Shown here: in pieces, positions 35,934 to 46,573 of the stretch | Position numbering within the stretch: position 1 is the first letter of the stretch | How the letters are laid out: the number at the start of each line of letters is the position of its first letter | NCBI GenBank assembly: GCA_036504335.1 | Contig: DASXVJ010000017.1 | Coordinates: forward strand, 17,179-81,178 | DNA: 64,000 nt | Direction of reading: 5' to 3' | DNA from: Thermoanaerobaculia bacterium | Lineage (GTDB): Bacteria > Acidobacteriota > Thermoanaerobaculia > UBA5066 | The notes under the pieces: generated by a model | The model's database searches: none | What the model saw: only the letters and a program-made list of their open reading frames with translations | Told to the model about the DNA's origin: nothing | Translations under genes and position numbers: made by a program

Positions 35934-37602
35934 CGGCCGCGCGCCGGCACGGCGTCCTCCCGGGCTTCGCTCCGGCGCTCTCGATGGCGTCGCTCTACGT
36001 GGGCCTCGTCGTCGTCCTCCCGCTCGCCGCGCTCGCGCTCAAGGCCGCGAGCCTCTCGGGCGGGGACTTCCTGCGGATCGTCACGGCGCCGCGCGCCCTC
36101 GCCGCGTACCGGCTGAGCTTCGGCGCGGCACTCCTCGCGGCGCTTCTGAACGCCGTCTTCGGTCTCCTCGTCGCGTGGGTCCTCGCGCGCTACCGGTTCC
36201 GCGGGCGCGTGGTCCTCGACGCGTTCGTGGACCTTCCGTTCGCCCTTCCGACCGCCGTCGCGGGCCTCACGCTCACGGCGCTCTACTCGGGCCAGGGCTG
36301 GATCGGCCGGTTTCTCGAGCCGCTCGGCCTCGAGGTCGCGTTCGCGCCCGCCGGCGTCGTCCTCGCGCTGACGTTCGTCGGCCTGCCCTTCGTCGTGCGC
36401 GCCGTCCAGCCGGTCCTCGAGGACCTCGACCCCGAGCTCGAGGAGGCCGCCGGCGTCCTCGGAGCCTCGCGCCTGCAGGCGTTCCTTCGCGTCGTCTTCC
36501 CGAACCTCCTCCCGCCCCTCCTCACGGGGTTCACGCTCGCGTTCGCCCGCGCGCTCGGGGAATACGGGTCGATCGTCTTCATCTCGGGCAACCTCCCGAT
36601 GAAGACCGAGATCGCGCCGCTCCTCATCGTCACGAAGCTCGAGCAGTTCGACGAGGCCGGCGCCACGGCGATTGCGGTCGTCCTCCTCCTCGCGTCCTTC
36701 GCGCTCGTCTTCGCCGCGAACGCCCTTCAGCGCTGGACGCGCCGGCTCGCCGGCGCCTCGGCCATGGCCGCGAGCCGGGGGTTCCGCCCCGCGCCGACGC
36801 TCGCCGAGCGGCCCGCCATCCGCAGGGCGCTCGTCGGCGGCGCGCTCGCGTTTCTCGGTGTTTTCGTCTTCCTCCCGCTCGCGTCGGTCTTCGCGCAGGC
36901 CCTGCAGAAAGGCCCGGCGCCCTACCTCGCGGCGATCTCCGAGCCGAACGCGGTGGCCGCGATCCGGCTCACGCTCCTCACGGCCGCGCTCGTGGTGCCG
37001 TTCCACCTCGTCTTCGGCCTCGTGACCGCGTGGTGTGTCGCGAAGTTCCGGTTCCGGGGCAAGAGCCTCCTCGTCACGCTCGTCGACCTCCCGTTCGCGG
37101 TCTCTCCCGTGATCGGCGGCCTCGTCTTCGTCCTGCTCTTTGGCCGACGCGGGCTCCTCGGGCCGTTCCTCGCTCTCCACGACTGGAAGGTGATCTACGC
37201 CGTGCCGGGCATCGTCCTGGCGACCCTCTTCGTGACGTTCCCGTTCGTGACGCGCGAGGTCCTCGCCGTGATGGAAGCGCAGGGCAACGACGAGGAGGAG
37301 GCCGCGCTCACGCTCGGCGCGGGCGGCTGGCAGACGTTCTTCCGCGTGACGCTCCCGAAGGTGCGCTGGGGTCTCCTCTACGGCGTCGTCCTCTGCAACG
37401 CGCGCGCGATGGGAGAGTTCGGCGCCGTGTCGGTCGTCTCGGGCCATATCCGCGGGGTCACGAACACGATCCCGCTTCACGTCGAGATCCTCTACAACGA
37501 GTACGACATGACGGGCGCGTTCGCCGTCGCGTCTCTCCTGACGTTCCTCGCGCTCGTGACGCTCGCCGTCCGGAAGGTCGAGGAAGCCCGGGTGGCTGCG
37601 CG

Positions 37603-37606
<4 letters not shown>
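35930..37606 (+). CDS. cysTW: Fused sulfate ABC transporter permeases CysT-CysW (single 558-codon frame).
   Basis: The first half matches CysT (VLPGF...[15 protein letters not shown]...EAAGVLGAS). The second half matches CysW ([15 protein letters not shown]...[18 protein letters not shown]...[10 protein letters not shown]). No stop separates the two halves. GTGA overlap with sbp, ATGA overlap with cysA. Confidence 0.8.
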
Positions 37607-38325
<719 letters not shown>

Positions 38326-38363
38326 CCTCCCGTCCGGCCCGGGGACCGGTTAGGCTTCGCGCC

Positions 38364-41027
38364 ATGCCGCAACCCGGGCCGCTCGATCCGGAATCCCTCC
38401 GCCTCGAGGAGGACCGCTCCCGCAAGGCGAACTGGAAACGCTGGGGGCCGTACCTTTCCGACCGCCAGTGGGGCACGGTGCGCGAGGACTACGGCGCGGA
38501 CGGCCAGCCCTGGACGTACTTCCCGCACGATCACGCGCGCTCGCGCGCCTACCGCTGGGGCGAGGACGGCCTCGCGGGCTTCTCCGACCGCCACGGGCTG
38601 ATCTGCCTCGCGCCGGCGCTCTGGAACGGCCGGGATCCGATCCTCAAGGAGCGCCTCTTCGGCCTCTCCGGGCCCGAAGGCAATCACGGCGAGGATGCGA
38701 AGGAATACTGGTTCCACCTCGACGGGACGCCCACTCATTCGTACATGCGGATGCTCTACAAGTACCCGCAGGCCGAGTTCCCGTACCGCACGCTCGTCGA
38801 GGAGAGCGCGCGGCGGAGCCGCCTCGACCCCGAGTTCGAGCTCCTCGACTCCGGCGCGTTCGAGGGGAGCCGCTACTGGGACGTGTTCGTCACGTACGCG
38901 AAGGCGTCTCCCGGGGACCTCCTCGTGACGATCGAGGCCGTGAACCGCGGACCCGACACGGCGCCGCTCCACGTCCTGCCGACGATCTGGTTCCGCAACA
39001 CGTGGTCGTGGGGCCTCGACGCGCGCCTGCCCCGCCTCGCCGCCGCTGAACCTCCGGCCGGCGCCGCCGCGATCGCGGTCCACCACCCGTACTACGGCGA
39101 TCGGACGCTCTACATCGAGGGCGCCCCCGATCTCCTGTTCACGGACAACATCACGAACGCGCGGCGGCTTTTCGGGGCCGAGAACGAGGGCCGGTTCGTG
39201 AAGGACGCATTCCACGAGCGCGTCGTCCACGGCGCCGAGGACGCCGTGAACCCCGCGGGCTACGGGACGAAGGCGGCCGCATGGTTCCGTCTCGACGTCC
39301 CCGCCGGCGAGTCGCGCACGGTGCGGCTGCGCCTCACGGACCGCTCCCTCGCGGCGCCGTTCGGCGAGGAGTTCGGCCGGGTCCTCGCGGCGCGCCGGGA
39401 CGAGTCGGACGCCTTCTACGCCCGCGTGATTCCCCGCGGGCTTTCCGGCGACGCGAAGAACGTCATGCGGCAGTCGTTCGCCGGCATGCTCTGGTCCAAG
39501 CAGTACTACGGCTACGACGTCGCGCGCTGGCTCAGGGGCGACCCCGGCCAGCCGCCCCCTCCGGACGAACGCCTCCGCGGGCGGAACGCCGGCTGGCAGA
39601 ACCTCTTCAACGCGGACGTCCTCTCGATGCCGGACAAGTGGGAGTACCCGTGGTACGCGGCGTGGGACCTCGCGTTCCACGCGATCCCGCTCGCGCTCGT
39701 GGACCCGGAGTTCGCCAAGGGCCAGCTCGTCCTCCTCCTGCGCGAGTGGTACATGCACCCGAACGGCCAGCTCCCCGCGTACGAGTGGAAGTTCGAGGAC
39801 GTGAACCCGCCCGTCCACGCCTGGGCCGCGTGGCGCGTCTACAAGATCGACGCGAAGCGCTCCGGAAGGCCCGACCGCGAGTTCCTCGCGCGCGTCTTCC
39901 ACAAGCTGCTCCTGAACTTCACCTGGTGGGTAAACCGCAAGGATCAGGACGGGAACAACGTCTTCCAGGGCGGCTTTCTCGGGCTCGACAACATCGGTCT
40001 CTTCGACCGCAGCACGCCGCTCCCGTCCGGCGCCACGCTTCAGCAGTCCGACGCGACGAGCTGGATGGGGATGTACTGCCTGAACATGGGCACGATCGCC
40101 CTCGAGCTCGCGCGCGAGGACAAGGCCTACGAGGACATCGCCTCGAAGTTCTTCGAGCACTTCATGCACATCTCGAAGGCGTTGAACGCGCCGGAGCGCG
40201 GCACGGGGCTCTGGGACGAGACGGACGGCTTCTTCTACGACGTCCTCAGGCTTTCCGACGGCCACGGGATCCCGATGCGGATCCAGTCCATGGTCGGCCT
40301 CATTCCGCTCTTCGCGGTGGCGACGCTCGAGCCGTTCGTCCTCGAGGCGTTTCCCGGCTTCCGCCGAAGGATGCAGTGGTTCCTCGACCACGGCTCGGCG
40401 TACGGGGCCAAGGTCGAGACGCAGTCGACCGTCGTCGGGACCCGGCGCCTGTTGTCCCTCGTCGGGAGGGAGCGCCTCCGGCGCATCCTCGACCCGCTCC
40501 TCGACCCGGACCGCTTCCTGTCCGACCACGGGATCCGGTCGCTCTCCCGGGCGCACCGCGACCACCCCTTCGTCGTGCCGTGGGACGGCCGGGAGCTGCG
40601 CGTCGACTACGAGCCGGCCGAGTCGCGGACCAGGCTCTTCGGGGGCAACTCGAACTGGCGCGGCCCGGTGTGGTTTCCGGTGAACTTCCTCCTGATCGAG
40701 TCGCTCCAGAAGTTCCACCACTTCTTCGGAGACTCCTTCACGGTGGAGTTTCCGAAGGGCTCCGGACGCGAGCTCACGCTCTGGCAGGTCGCCGACGAGC
40801 TTTCCCGGCGCCTCACCGGGATCTTCCTCGCCGGCCCGGACGGCCGGCGGCCCGCGTACGGCGGGACCGGGGTCTTCCAGACGGACCCCCACTGGAAGGA
40901 CCTCCTCCTCTTCCACGAGTATTTCAACGGCGACGACGGGGCCGGGCTCGGCGCCTCCCACCAGACGGGCTGGACCGGCCTCGTGGCCAAGCTCCTCCAG
41001 CAGACCGGGGACGGCCGGGCGGAATAG
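38364..41027 (+). CDS. Large (alpha/alpha)6-barrel glycoside hydrolase (GH63/MOGS-like).
   Basis: 887 aa; motifs [30 protein letters not shown] and [17 protein letters not shown] characteristic of the bacterial GH63-like family. Start at ATG 38364; the upstream ORF extension is GC junk. Confidence 0.7.
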   Translation: MPQPGPLDPESLRLEEDRSRKANWKRWGPYLSDRQWGTVREDYGADGQPWTYFPHDHARSRAYRWGEDGLAGFSDRHGLICLAPALWNGRDPILKERLFGLSGPEGNHGEDAKEYWFHLDGTPTHSYMRMLYKYPQAEFPYRTLVEESARRSRLDPEFELLDSGAFEGSRYWDVFVTYAKASPGDLLVTIEAVNRGPDTAPLHVLPTIWFRNTWSWGLDARLPRLAAAEPPAGAAAIAVHHPYYGDRTLYIEGAPDLLFTDNITNARRLFGAENEGRFVKDAFHERVVHGAEDAVNPAGYGTKAAAWFRLDVPAGESRTVRLRLTDRSLAAPFGEEFGRVLAARRDESDAFYARVIPRGLSGDAKNVMRQSFAGMLWSKQYYGYDVARWLRGDPGQPPPPDERLRGRNAGWQNLFNADVLSMPDKWEYPWYAAWDLAFHAIPLALVDPEFAKGQLVLLLREWYMHPNGQLPAYEWKFEDVNPPVHAWAAWRVYKIDAKRSGRPDREFLARVFHKLLLNFTWWVNRKDQDGNNVFQGGFLGLDNIGLFDRSTPLPSGATLQQSDATSWMGMYCLNMGTIALELAREDKAYEDIASKFFEHFMHISKALNAPERGTGLWDETDGFFYDVLRLSDGHGIPMRIQSMVGLIPLFAVATLEPFVLEAFPGFRRRMQWFLDHGSAYGAKVETQSTVVGTRRLLSLVGRERLRRILDPLLDPDRFLSDHGIRSLSRAHRDHPFVVPWDGRELRVDYEPAESRTRLFGGNSNWRGPVWFPVNFLLIESLQKFHHFFGDSFTVEFPKGSGRELTLWQVADELSRRLTGIFLAGPDGRRPAYGGTGVFQTDPHWKDLLLFHEYFNGDDGAGLGASHQTGWTGLVAKLLQQTGDGRAE

Positions 41028-41158
41028 AGGGGCCCCTTCGCGTCATCCACCACTGCGCCGCGGGCCCTTGGCCTGAGACAGAGTCTTTGATCCAGTCGCA
41101 ATCTCACTTCCGTAGTGGTATGAAGACCCCCACCCATCGAGCGAAAAAAGGAGGCCCC

Positions 41159-41533
41159 ATGAATCGTCGCCAGTTCGCCGCCACCCTCGGTGCCGCCGTC
41201 GCCGGCCTCGTCGCCGGCAAAACCCTCCTCGCCGACGACAAGCCCGCCGACAAGCCCGCCAAGCACGCCTGCAAGGGCCTGAACGCGTGCAAGGGCCAGG
41301 GAGGCTGCGCCACGAAGGAAAACTCCTGCGCGGGCGCGAACGCGTGCAAGGGCAAGGGCGGCTGCGCCACCGCGGCCAAGCACGACTGCGCCGGCAAGAA
41401 CGAGTGCAAGGGCCAGGGCGGCTGCAAGTCGGGCGACAACAAGTGCGCCGGCAAGAACTCGTGCAAGGGCAAGGGCGGCTGCGCCAGCCCGATGAAGAAC
41501 GCGATGAAGAAGGACGCCCCCAAGGCGGGCTGA
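41159..41533 (+). CDS. Cys-rich secreted RiPP precursor (bufferin/HvfA-like, 12-Cys type) with a twin-arginine-like signal peptide.
   Basis: AGGAGG RBS 7 nt upstream. The N-terminus is MNRRQFAATLGAAVAGLVAG. The mature region has 12 Cys in four NxCKG(Q/K)GGC + CAG repeats and is Lys/Gly/Ala-rich. A DUF692 gene and a DUF2063 gene follow immediately downstream. Confidence 0.75.
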   Translation: MNRRQFAATLGAAVAGLVAGKTLLADDKPADKPAKHACKGLNACKGQGGCATKENSCAGANACKGKGGCATAAKHDCAGKNECKGQGGCKSGDNKCAGKNSCKGKGGCASPMKNAMKKDAPKAG

Positions 41534-41545
41534 TCCCGCACGTTC

Positions 41546-42412
41546 ATGGGTGACCGCTTCGGGCTGCCCGACCTCGGCGTGGGGGTCGGGCTCCGCACCG
41601 TCCACTTCGGGCACATCCTCTCGAAGAAGCCCGACGTGGACTTCTACGAGGCCCTCACCGAGAACTTCCTCGACACGGGCGGGCGCCCGCTCCACGTGCT
41701 CGACCGCGTGGCGGAGCGGACGCCCGTCGTGCTGCACGGCGTCTCGATGTCGATCGGCGGGACCGACCCCCTCGACTTCGACTACGTCCGGAAGGTCAAG
41801 GCGCTCGCGGACCGCACGAAGGCGCTCTGGGTCTCGGACCACCTCTGCTTCACGGGCGTCATGGGGCGCAACACGCACGACCTGCTGCCCCTCCCCTACA
41901 CGGAGGAGACCCTGAAGCACGTCACGCAGCGCGTGAAGACCGTCTCGGACGTCCTCGAGCGGCCGCTCGTCCTCGAGAACCCGTCGTCCTATGTCGAGTT
42001 CCGGGCCTCGACGATCCCGGAGTGGACGTTCTTCGACCGGCTGCTCCGCGCCGCCGATTGCGGGATGCTCCTCGACGTCAACAACGTCTACGTGAGCTCC
42101 GTGAACCACGGTTTCGATCCCATCGCGTATCTCGACGCCCTGCCGCACGACCGCGTCGTCCAGTACCACCTCGCCGGCCACACGGACAAGGGAGCGTACC
42201 TTCTCGACACGCACAGCGCGCGCGTGAAGGATGAGGTCTGGAGCCTCTTCCGCCACGCCAACGCTCTCACGGGACCGCGCGCGACGCTCCTCGAATGGGA
42301 CGAGGACATCCCGGACTTCGAGACCGTCCACGCCGAAGCGAAGAAGGCTCTCGCCCACAGGCCTCCCCTCGTCCGGGCCGACGCCCGCGTGCCGGCGGCC
42401 GTCCATGCCTGA
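41546..42412 (+). CDS. DUF692 multinuclear non-heme iron oxidase (MNIO; MbnB/HvfB/BufB/TglH family), TIM-barrel.
   Basis: VGVGLRTVHFGHIL..., LHGVSMSIGGTDPLDFDYVRKVKALADR..., VSDHLCF, LLENPSSY, EWDEDIP are the conserved DUF692 blocks; 288 aa. Confidence 0.85.
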   Translation: MGDRFGLPDLGVGVGLRTVHFGHILSKKPDVDFYEALTENFLDTGGRPLHVLDRVAERTPVVLHGVSMSIGGTDPLDFDYVRKVKALADRTKALWVSDHLCFTGVMGRNTHDLLPLPYTEETLKHVTQRVKTVSDVLERPLVLENPSSYVEFRASTIPEWTFFDRLLRAADCGMLLDVNNVYVSSVNHGFDPIAYLDALPHDRVVQYHLAGHTDKGAYLLDTHSARVKDEVWSLFRHANALTGPRATLLEWDEDIPDFETVHAEAKKALAHRPPLVRADARVPAAVHA

Positions 42413-43208
42413 CCTCCGCGCCCTCGAGCGCTGGATGCAGGCCTCGATCGTGCACCCCGGCACGATCCAGGAGGCGATCCGCAGCCGCGCCGCCACCCGG
42501 CACCTTCCGCTGCGCGAGGCCGAGCGTGCGATCCTGCCCTCGAGGACGATGGCGCCCCTCGAGCGCCTCGCCGTCTACCAGGGCATGTATCCGCTGCGGA
42601 TGCACGACGCGCTCGCGGCGGATTACCCCGGCCTCAGGGCCTTTCTCGGCGATCACCTCTTCGAGCACTTCGTGGCCGACTACGTCGCGGTCCACCCGTC
42701 GCGGAGCTACACGCTCAACCGGCTCGGCGACCACGTCCCCGACTTCGTGAAGACGTGGCATCACCCGAAGCGCGCCTTCCTCGCGGACCTCGCCCGTCTC
42801 GAGCTCGCCGTGACGGAGACGTTCGACGCGGAAGACGACGCCCCGCCCGCAGCCCCGCCCTCGCACGTCGACACCGACTGGGAGAGCCGCCGCTTCACGC
42901 TCGCGCCGACGCTGCGGCTCCTGTCCTTCCGCCACGCGGCCGGTCCCGCGCTCGACGCGCTCAAGGCGGGTCGGCGCGCCTCCGCACCCCCGAGGGCCTC
43001 CTGGGCCGCCGTCCACCGCCGGAGCTGGGTCGTCTACCGCCTGGACCTGACGCGCGGGGAGTTCCACGTGCTGACGGCCCTCGCCGCGGGCCAGCCGCTT
43101 GGCAAAGCGCTGCGCCTCGCCGCCCGCAAGGCTGGCAAGCCGCTCTCCCCCGCCGCCGTCCGCCGGGCGTTCCGCATCTGGACCTCGGAGGGGATCCTCC
43201 GGGCCTGA
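42405..43208 (+). CDS. DUF2063 protein (MbnC/HvfC/BufC-type partner of the MNIO).
   Basis: 267 aa; N-terminal domain with LERLAVYQGMYPLRMHDALAADYPGLRAFLGD typical of DUF2063; 8-nt overlap with the DUF692 gene. Confidence 0.75.
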   Translation: MPDLRALERWMQASIVHPGTIQEAIRSRAATRHLPLREAERAILPSRTMAPLERLAVYQGMYPLRMHDALAADYPGLRAFLGDHLFEHFVADYVAVHPSRSYTLNRLGDHVPDFVKTWHHPKRAFLADLARLELAVTETFDAEDDAPPAAPPSHVDTDWESRRFTLAPTLRLLSFRHAAGPALDALKAGRRASAPPRASWAAVHRRSWVVYRLDLTRGEFHVLTALAAGQPLGKALRLAARKAGKPLSPAAVRRAFRIWTSEGILRA

Positions 43209-43212
43209 AGGC

Positions 43213-43446
43213 TCAGGGCTTCGGCTTCGGCGGCGGAAGCTCGCGCGCCACGACCTCGGATTTGAATCCCGCGCGGGCGTGCGAGCCGTCGCAGAACGGC
43301 TTGTTCTCCGAGTGGCCGCAGCGGCAGAGCCCGATCGAGGCGCGGCCCGACAGCCCGAACGGCCGGCCGGCGGCGTCCTCGAGCGTGACGGGGCCGCTCA
43401 CGAGCAGCGAGCCGTCGTTGCGAACGGTGATCTTGACGTCGGTCAC
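43213..43446 (-). CDS. CDGSH-type iron-sulfur domain protein.
   Basis: CRCGHSENKPFCDGSH motif; 77 aa; GTG start; 11 nt downstream of the thioredoxin gene. Confidence 0.6.
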   Translation of the reverse strand: MTDVKITVRNDGSLLVSGPVTLEDAAGRPFGLSGRASIGLCRCGHSENKPFCDGSHARAGFKSEVVARELPPPKPKP

Positions 43447-43457
43447 GTGGCCTCCGA

Positions 43458-43958
43458 TCAGGTCCTTTTCTTCTTCTCGTCCTTCTCGGCCGTCAGGAAC
43501 CTCTGGCGCGCGCCCTTCAGGAACTCGATCGCCAGCGCCGGTCCGTCCCAGCCCTCCATCGTGACGCCCTTGCCGAATCCGGGGCGCGACACGACGAGAG
43601 TCGGAAAGCCGCGCAGCCCGTAGCGGTCCGCGAGCTTCAGCATCTCGGGCGCGTTCGTTCCCGTCTCGCGCGACACGTCCCGCACGATGACCGGGACGTA
43701 GTCCTTCGCGATCTGATCCGCGACAGCCTTCTGCGAGAAGACCTGCTGCTCGAGGAGATGGCAGGGGCCGCACCAGTCGGCCGTGAAGAAGTAGAGAACG
43801 AGCTTGCCCGCCTTCTTCGCCTCGGCCTCCCCCGCGACGATGGGGCGCCACTTGACGAGGTCCTGCGGATGCGCGCCGGCGGGCCCGGCCGTGAGGAGGC
43901 CGAGGACGGCGAAAATGAACGCGCCCAACGGGCGCCGGATATCGCGGGCACCAGACAT
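43458..43958 (-). CDS. Periplasmic thioredoxin-fold thiol:disulfide oxidoreductase.
   Basis: Signal peptide ...LGAFIFAVLGLLTAGPAGAHP; active site WCGPCH; ~140-aa thioredoxin fold. Confidence 0.75.
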   Translation of the reverse strand: MSGARDIRRPLGAFIFAVLGLLTAGPAGAHPQDLVKWRPIVAGEAEAKKAGKLVLYFFTADWCGPCHLLEQQVFSQKAVADQIAKDYVPVIVRDVSRETGTNAPEMLKLADRYGLRGFPTLVVSRPGFGKGVTMEGWDGPALAIEFLKGARQRFLTAEKDEKKKRT

Positions 43959-43967
43959 GCCCGGATG

Positions 43968-45932
43968 TTAGCGCGGCGGCGCAGCCGCGGCGCCCGCATC
44001 CGAGCCGTCCGAGATCTCGGAGCTGAGCTCCCGAAAGCTCCGCGGCCACTCGGACGGCGGCCGGCGCAGGGCGTCCTGCATCGCGCGCGTCCGGATCCCG
44101 CGGGCCGCTTCGGCGAGGAGACCCGCGGCGTACGCATCCTGGCCGCGATCGCGCGCGCGAAGCGCCTGGACGAGCACGACCGGAGGAGCCCGCCGGACGC
44201 GATCCGGAAGCTCGTCGGCAAATACGTGCGCGGTTTCGTCCTGTCCCGACAAGCGCAGGCCCTCGAGACGGACGGCGGCCATGTATCCCGACGGCAGCAG
44301 CGCGAAGAGCGTCTCGGCGATCCGCGCCGCCCGGTCCGGCCGGCCGATGTCGAGATTGCGGAGCGCCTGGTCCGCAAGGCCCGCGTACCAGGCCGGGTTG
44401 TACGTTCCGGGGCGCTCGCCGCGCGGGTGCGCGAAGCTCATGAAGAGGTGCGGCCAGCGGAACGGCGTCGTGAGGTAGTTCACGAGCGGCGTCCGCGTCG
44501 TGATCATCGGCGAGGGCGGCGGCAGGTCCGGTACGGCGTCCGGATGCGCCCCCAGCCAGGGCGGGCGCAGCAGCCTTTCGCGGCGCTCGTCGTCGCCGAG
44601 CTCCGCGAACCGGACCCCGAGGAGGAACGGGTGGACCCGGAACGCCGAGAACCCGGCGTCGGACGCCGCCGGAACGTACCGCCAGAGCCGGTACGTTCCG
44701 TTCTCCCCGCGCGGAGGGCGAAACGAAGCCGGGTACTCCGCGTACAGCTCGTGGGACACGCGGGCGAGTCCCGTCGACGACACGTAGAAGAACGAGGCCG
44801 CCTCGGATTCGAACGTCCCGAGCGCGTTGACGCCGATCCCGAGCGCGACGAGCGCCGTCCCGGCCGTGCGCCAGAGGCGCGAGGCCGCGGCCGTCCCCGC
44901 GACGGCGGCGAGAACCGGCACGAGCGGAACGAGGAAGCGCGGCCCCCATCCCCCGCTTCCGTCCCAGGCCCACCACCGGGCGTACACGGCGAGGAACGCC
45001 ACGCAGAGGGCGGCGACGGAGATCGTGGCCGCGCGCGTCGCCGCGGCGCGCGCGAGGGGCGCGAGGGCGACGAACGCGAGGACCGCGAGCGGGAAATAGA
45101 GGAGCAGCCCCTTGTTGGGGCCGACGAGAAGGCGCCATGCTCCGTCGAGGAACGGGTGCGCGAACTTCTGGTCGCCGTAGGACGAGAACGGCTTCCCGAA
45201 ACGCACGAACTCGAATGCGAGCATCGCGACGAGGGGCCCGGCGGCCCCCGCCGCCGCCGCGGCCACGAGCCGGAGCCGCGCGCGCGACGGCGGCCACGCG
45301 GCCGGGACGAGCGGCAGGAGCGCCAGCGGCGCGAACGCGAGGTTCACGGATTTCGTGAGGACGAGCCAGCCCGCGAAGAAGCCGGCGGCCGCGGCCCGCC
45401 GTGCGGCGGCTCCGTTCCCGACCTCGGCCGCCCGGACCGCGAACAGGACCGCGAAGACGAGACAGGCCGCCTGGAGCGGCTCGGAGAACCCGTACGCGGT
45501 GTAGGCCCACAGCGGCGATCCGAGGGCCGTCCCGAAGACGGCGAGCCCCTGGCCGAACGCGCCGGCGCCGAGCGCCGCGGCGAGCAGCCCGGCGCCCGCC
45601 GCGGCCGCCGTCACGAGGAGCACCTCGAGGAACACGAACAGGGTCTGCGAGGTGCGGGCCCCGAACGCCGCCTCCCAGGGCCGCGCCAGAGCGGCGAAGG
45701 GCGCCTCGACGAGCGGAAGGCCCATCCCGTAGGGAGCCACGGCGTCGCCCCCCGCCCGCGCGATGCTGAAGTGCTGGTTGCGGGAGATCCCGATCTCCCC
45801 CGCCGTCGCCATCGAGATCGCCGTGTAGAGCATCTGCTGCTCGTCGCTCACGGTCCCGAACGTCCGCTCCTCGGCCGTCGCGGCAAGCAGAAGGAACGCC
45901 GCCGCGACGCAGGCGGCGAGGCGGCGGCTCAC
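43968..45932 (-). CDS. GT-C fold membrane glycosyltransferase with C-terminal TPR-like region, paralog of 10019..11995.
   Basis: RFGKPFSSYGDQKFAHPFLDGAWRLLVGPNKGLLLYFPL and WAWDGSGGWGPRFLVPLVPVL align with the other two paralogs. Start at GTG 45932 overlaps the LOG-gene stop. Confidence 0.65.
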   Translation of the reverse strand: MSRRLAACVAAAFLLLAATAEERTFGTVSDEQQMLYTAISMATAGEIGISRNQHFSIARAGGDAVAPYGMGLPLVEAPFAALARPWEAAFGARTSQTLFVFLEVLLVTAAAAGAGLLAAALGAGAFGQGLAVFGTALGSPLWAYTAYGFSEPLQAACLVFAVLFAVRAAEVGNGAAARRAAAAGFFAGWLVLTKSVNLAFAPLALLPLVPAAWPPSRARLRLVAAAAAGAAGPLVAMLAFEFVRFGKPFSSYGDQKFAHPFLDGAWRLLVGPNKGLLLYFPLAVLAFVALAPLARAAATRAATISVAALCVAFLAVYARWWAWDGSGGWGPRFLVPLVPVLAAVAGTAAASRLWRTAGTALVALGIGVNALGTFESEAASFFYVSSTGLARVSHELYAEYPASFRPPRGENGTYRLWRYVPAASDAGFSAFRVHPFLLGVRFAELGDDERRERLLRPPWLGAHPDAVPDLPPPSPMITTRTPLVNYLTTPFRWPHLFMSFAHPRGERPGTYNPAWYAGLADQALRNLDIGRPDRAARIAETLFALLPSGYMAAVRLEGLRLSGQDETAHVFADELPDRVRRAPPVVLVQALRARDRGQDAYAAGLLAEAARGIRTRAMQDALRRPPSEWPRSFRELSSEISDGSDAGAAAAPPR

Positions 45933-46528
45933 CGCCGGTCCTCGCCCCCGTGTGCCGGCAGCGCCGGACGAGATGCGCCCGAGAGCGCACGGCGCACCGC
46001 GGCGGCGGGGTCGGTCTCGACGGCGAAGAAGTCGGCGCCCTCCCGGGCGAATCCCTCGTCCGCGATCCGGCGCGTCGCCGCGAGAAGCGGGTCGAAGAAG
46101 CCGGAGCGGTTGTAAAGGACGATCGGGCGGGCGTGGTGTCCCAGCTGGCGCCACGTCACGATCTCGAAGAACTCGTCGAGCGTGCCGTACCCGCCGGGCA
46201 GCGCGAGGAAGCCGTCCGCCATGTCGGCCATGAGCGCCTTGCGCTCGTGCATCGTGTTCACGACCTCGAGACGCGTGAGACCGCCGTGCGCGACCTCCTT
46301 CGCGAAGAGGCCGGCGGGAATCACGCCGAATGCGATGCCGCCCTCCTCGAGCACCGCGTCCGCGAGGACGCCCATGAGCCCGACGCGCCCGCCGCCGAAG
46401 ACGAGGCCGGCGCCCGCGCGGGCGATCTCGCGGCCCACCGCGGCCGCCTCGTCGGCGTACGCGGTCGAGACGCCGGCGCGCGCCCCGCAGAACACGGCGA
46501 GCATGGGACGGTCGAAAGGCGGGGCCAT
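45929..46528 (-). CDS. LOG-family (Rossmann-fold nucleotide-binding / cytokinin riboside 5'-monophosphate phosphoribohydrolase-like) protein.
   Basis: MLAVFCGARAG...GLVFGGGRVGLMG...PGGYGTLDEFFE LOG/TIGR00730 signature. Confidence 0.8.
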   Translation of the reverse strand: MAPPFDRPMLAVFCGARAGVSTAYADEAAAVGREIARAGAGLVFGGGRVGLMGVLADAVLEEGGIAFGVIPAGLFAKEVAHGGLTRLEVVNTMHERKALMADMADGFLALPGGYGTLDEFFEIVTWRQLGHHARPIVLYNRSGFFDPLLAATRRIADEGFAREGADFFAVETDPAAAVRRALSGASRPALPAHGGEDRR

Positions 46529-46573
46529 CCCCCGGATGATGCCCGATCCCGCGCCTCCTGCTAAGGTCCGCCC

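Noticed and set aside
35873-37480. 535-aa minus-strand ORF antisense to cysTW
   Set aside because: Highly charged R/E/D low-complexity translation; cysTW on the + strand matches permease families along its full length.
41028-41090. GGGCCC...GGGCCC pair after the GH63 gene as a terminator
   Set aside because: 26-nt loop and no T-tract; not a convincing intrinsic terminator.
41040-41158. AT-richer intergenic stretch upstream of the RiPP precursor, considered as another element copy
   Set aside because: Lacks both TIR motifs and the purine/pyrimidine arms. Better explained as promoter/5'-UTR with a strong AGGAGG RBS.
43213-45990. 925-aa minus-strand ORF spanning CDGSH, thioredoxin and GT-C genes; also 43758..46115 + (785 aa)
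   Set aside because: Only the last 77 codons (CDGSH protein) look genuine; the rest is an RGRP-rich read-through in the wrong frame relative to the thioredoxin and GT-C genes.
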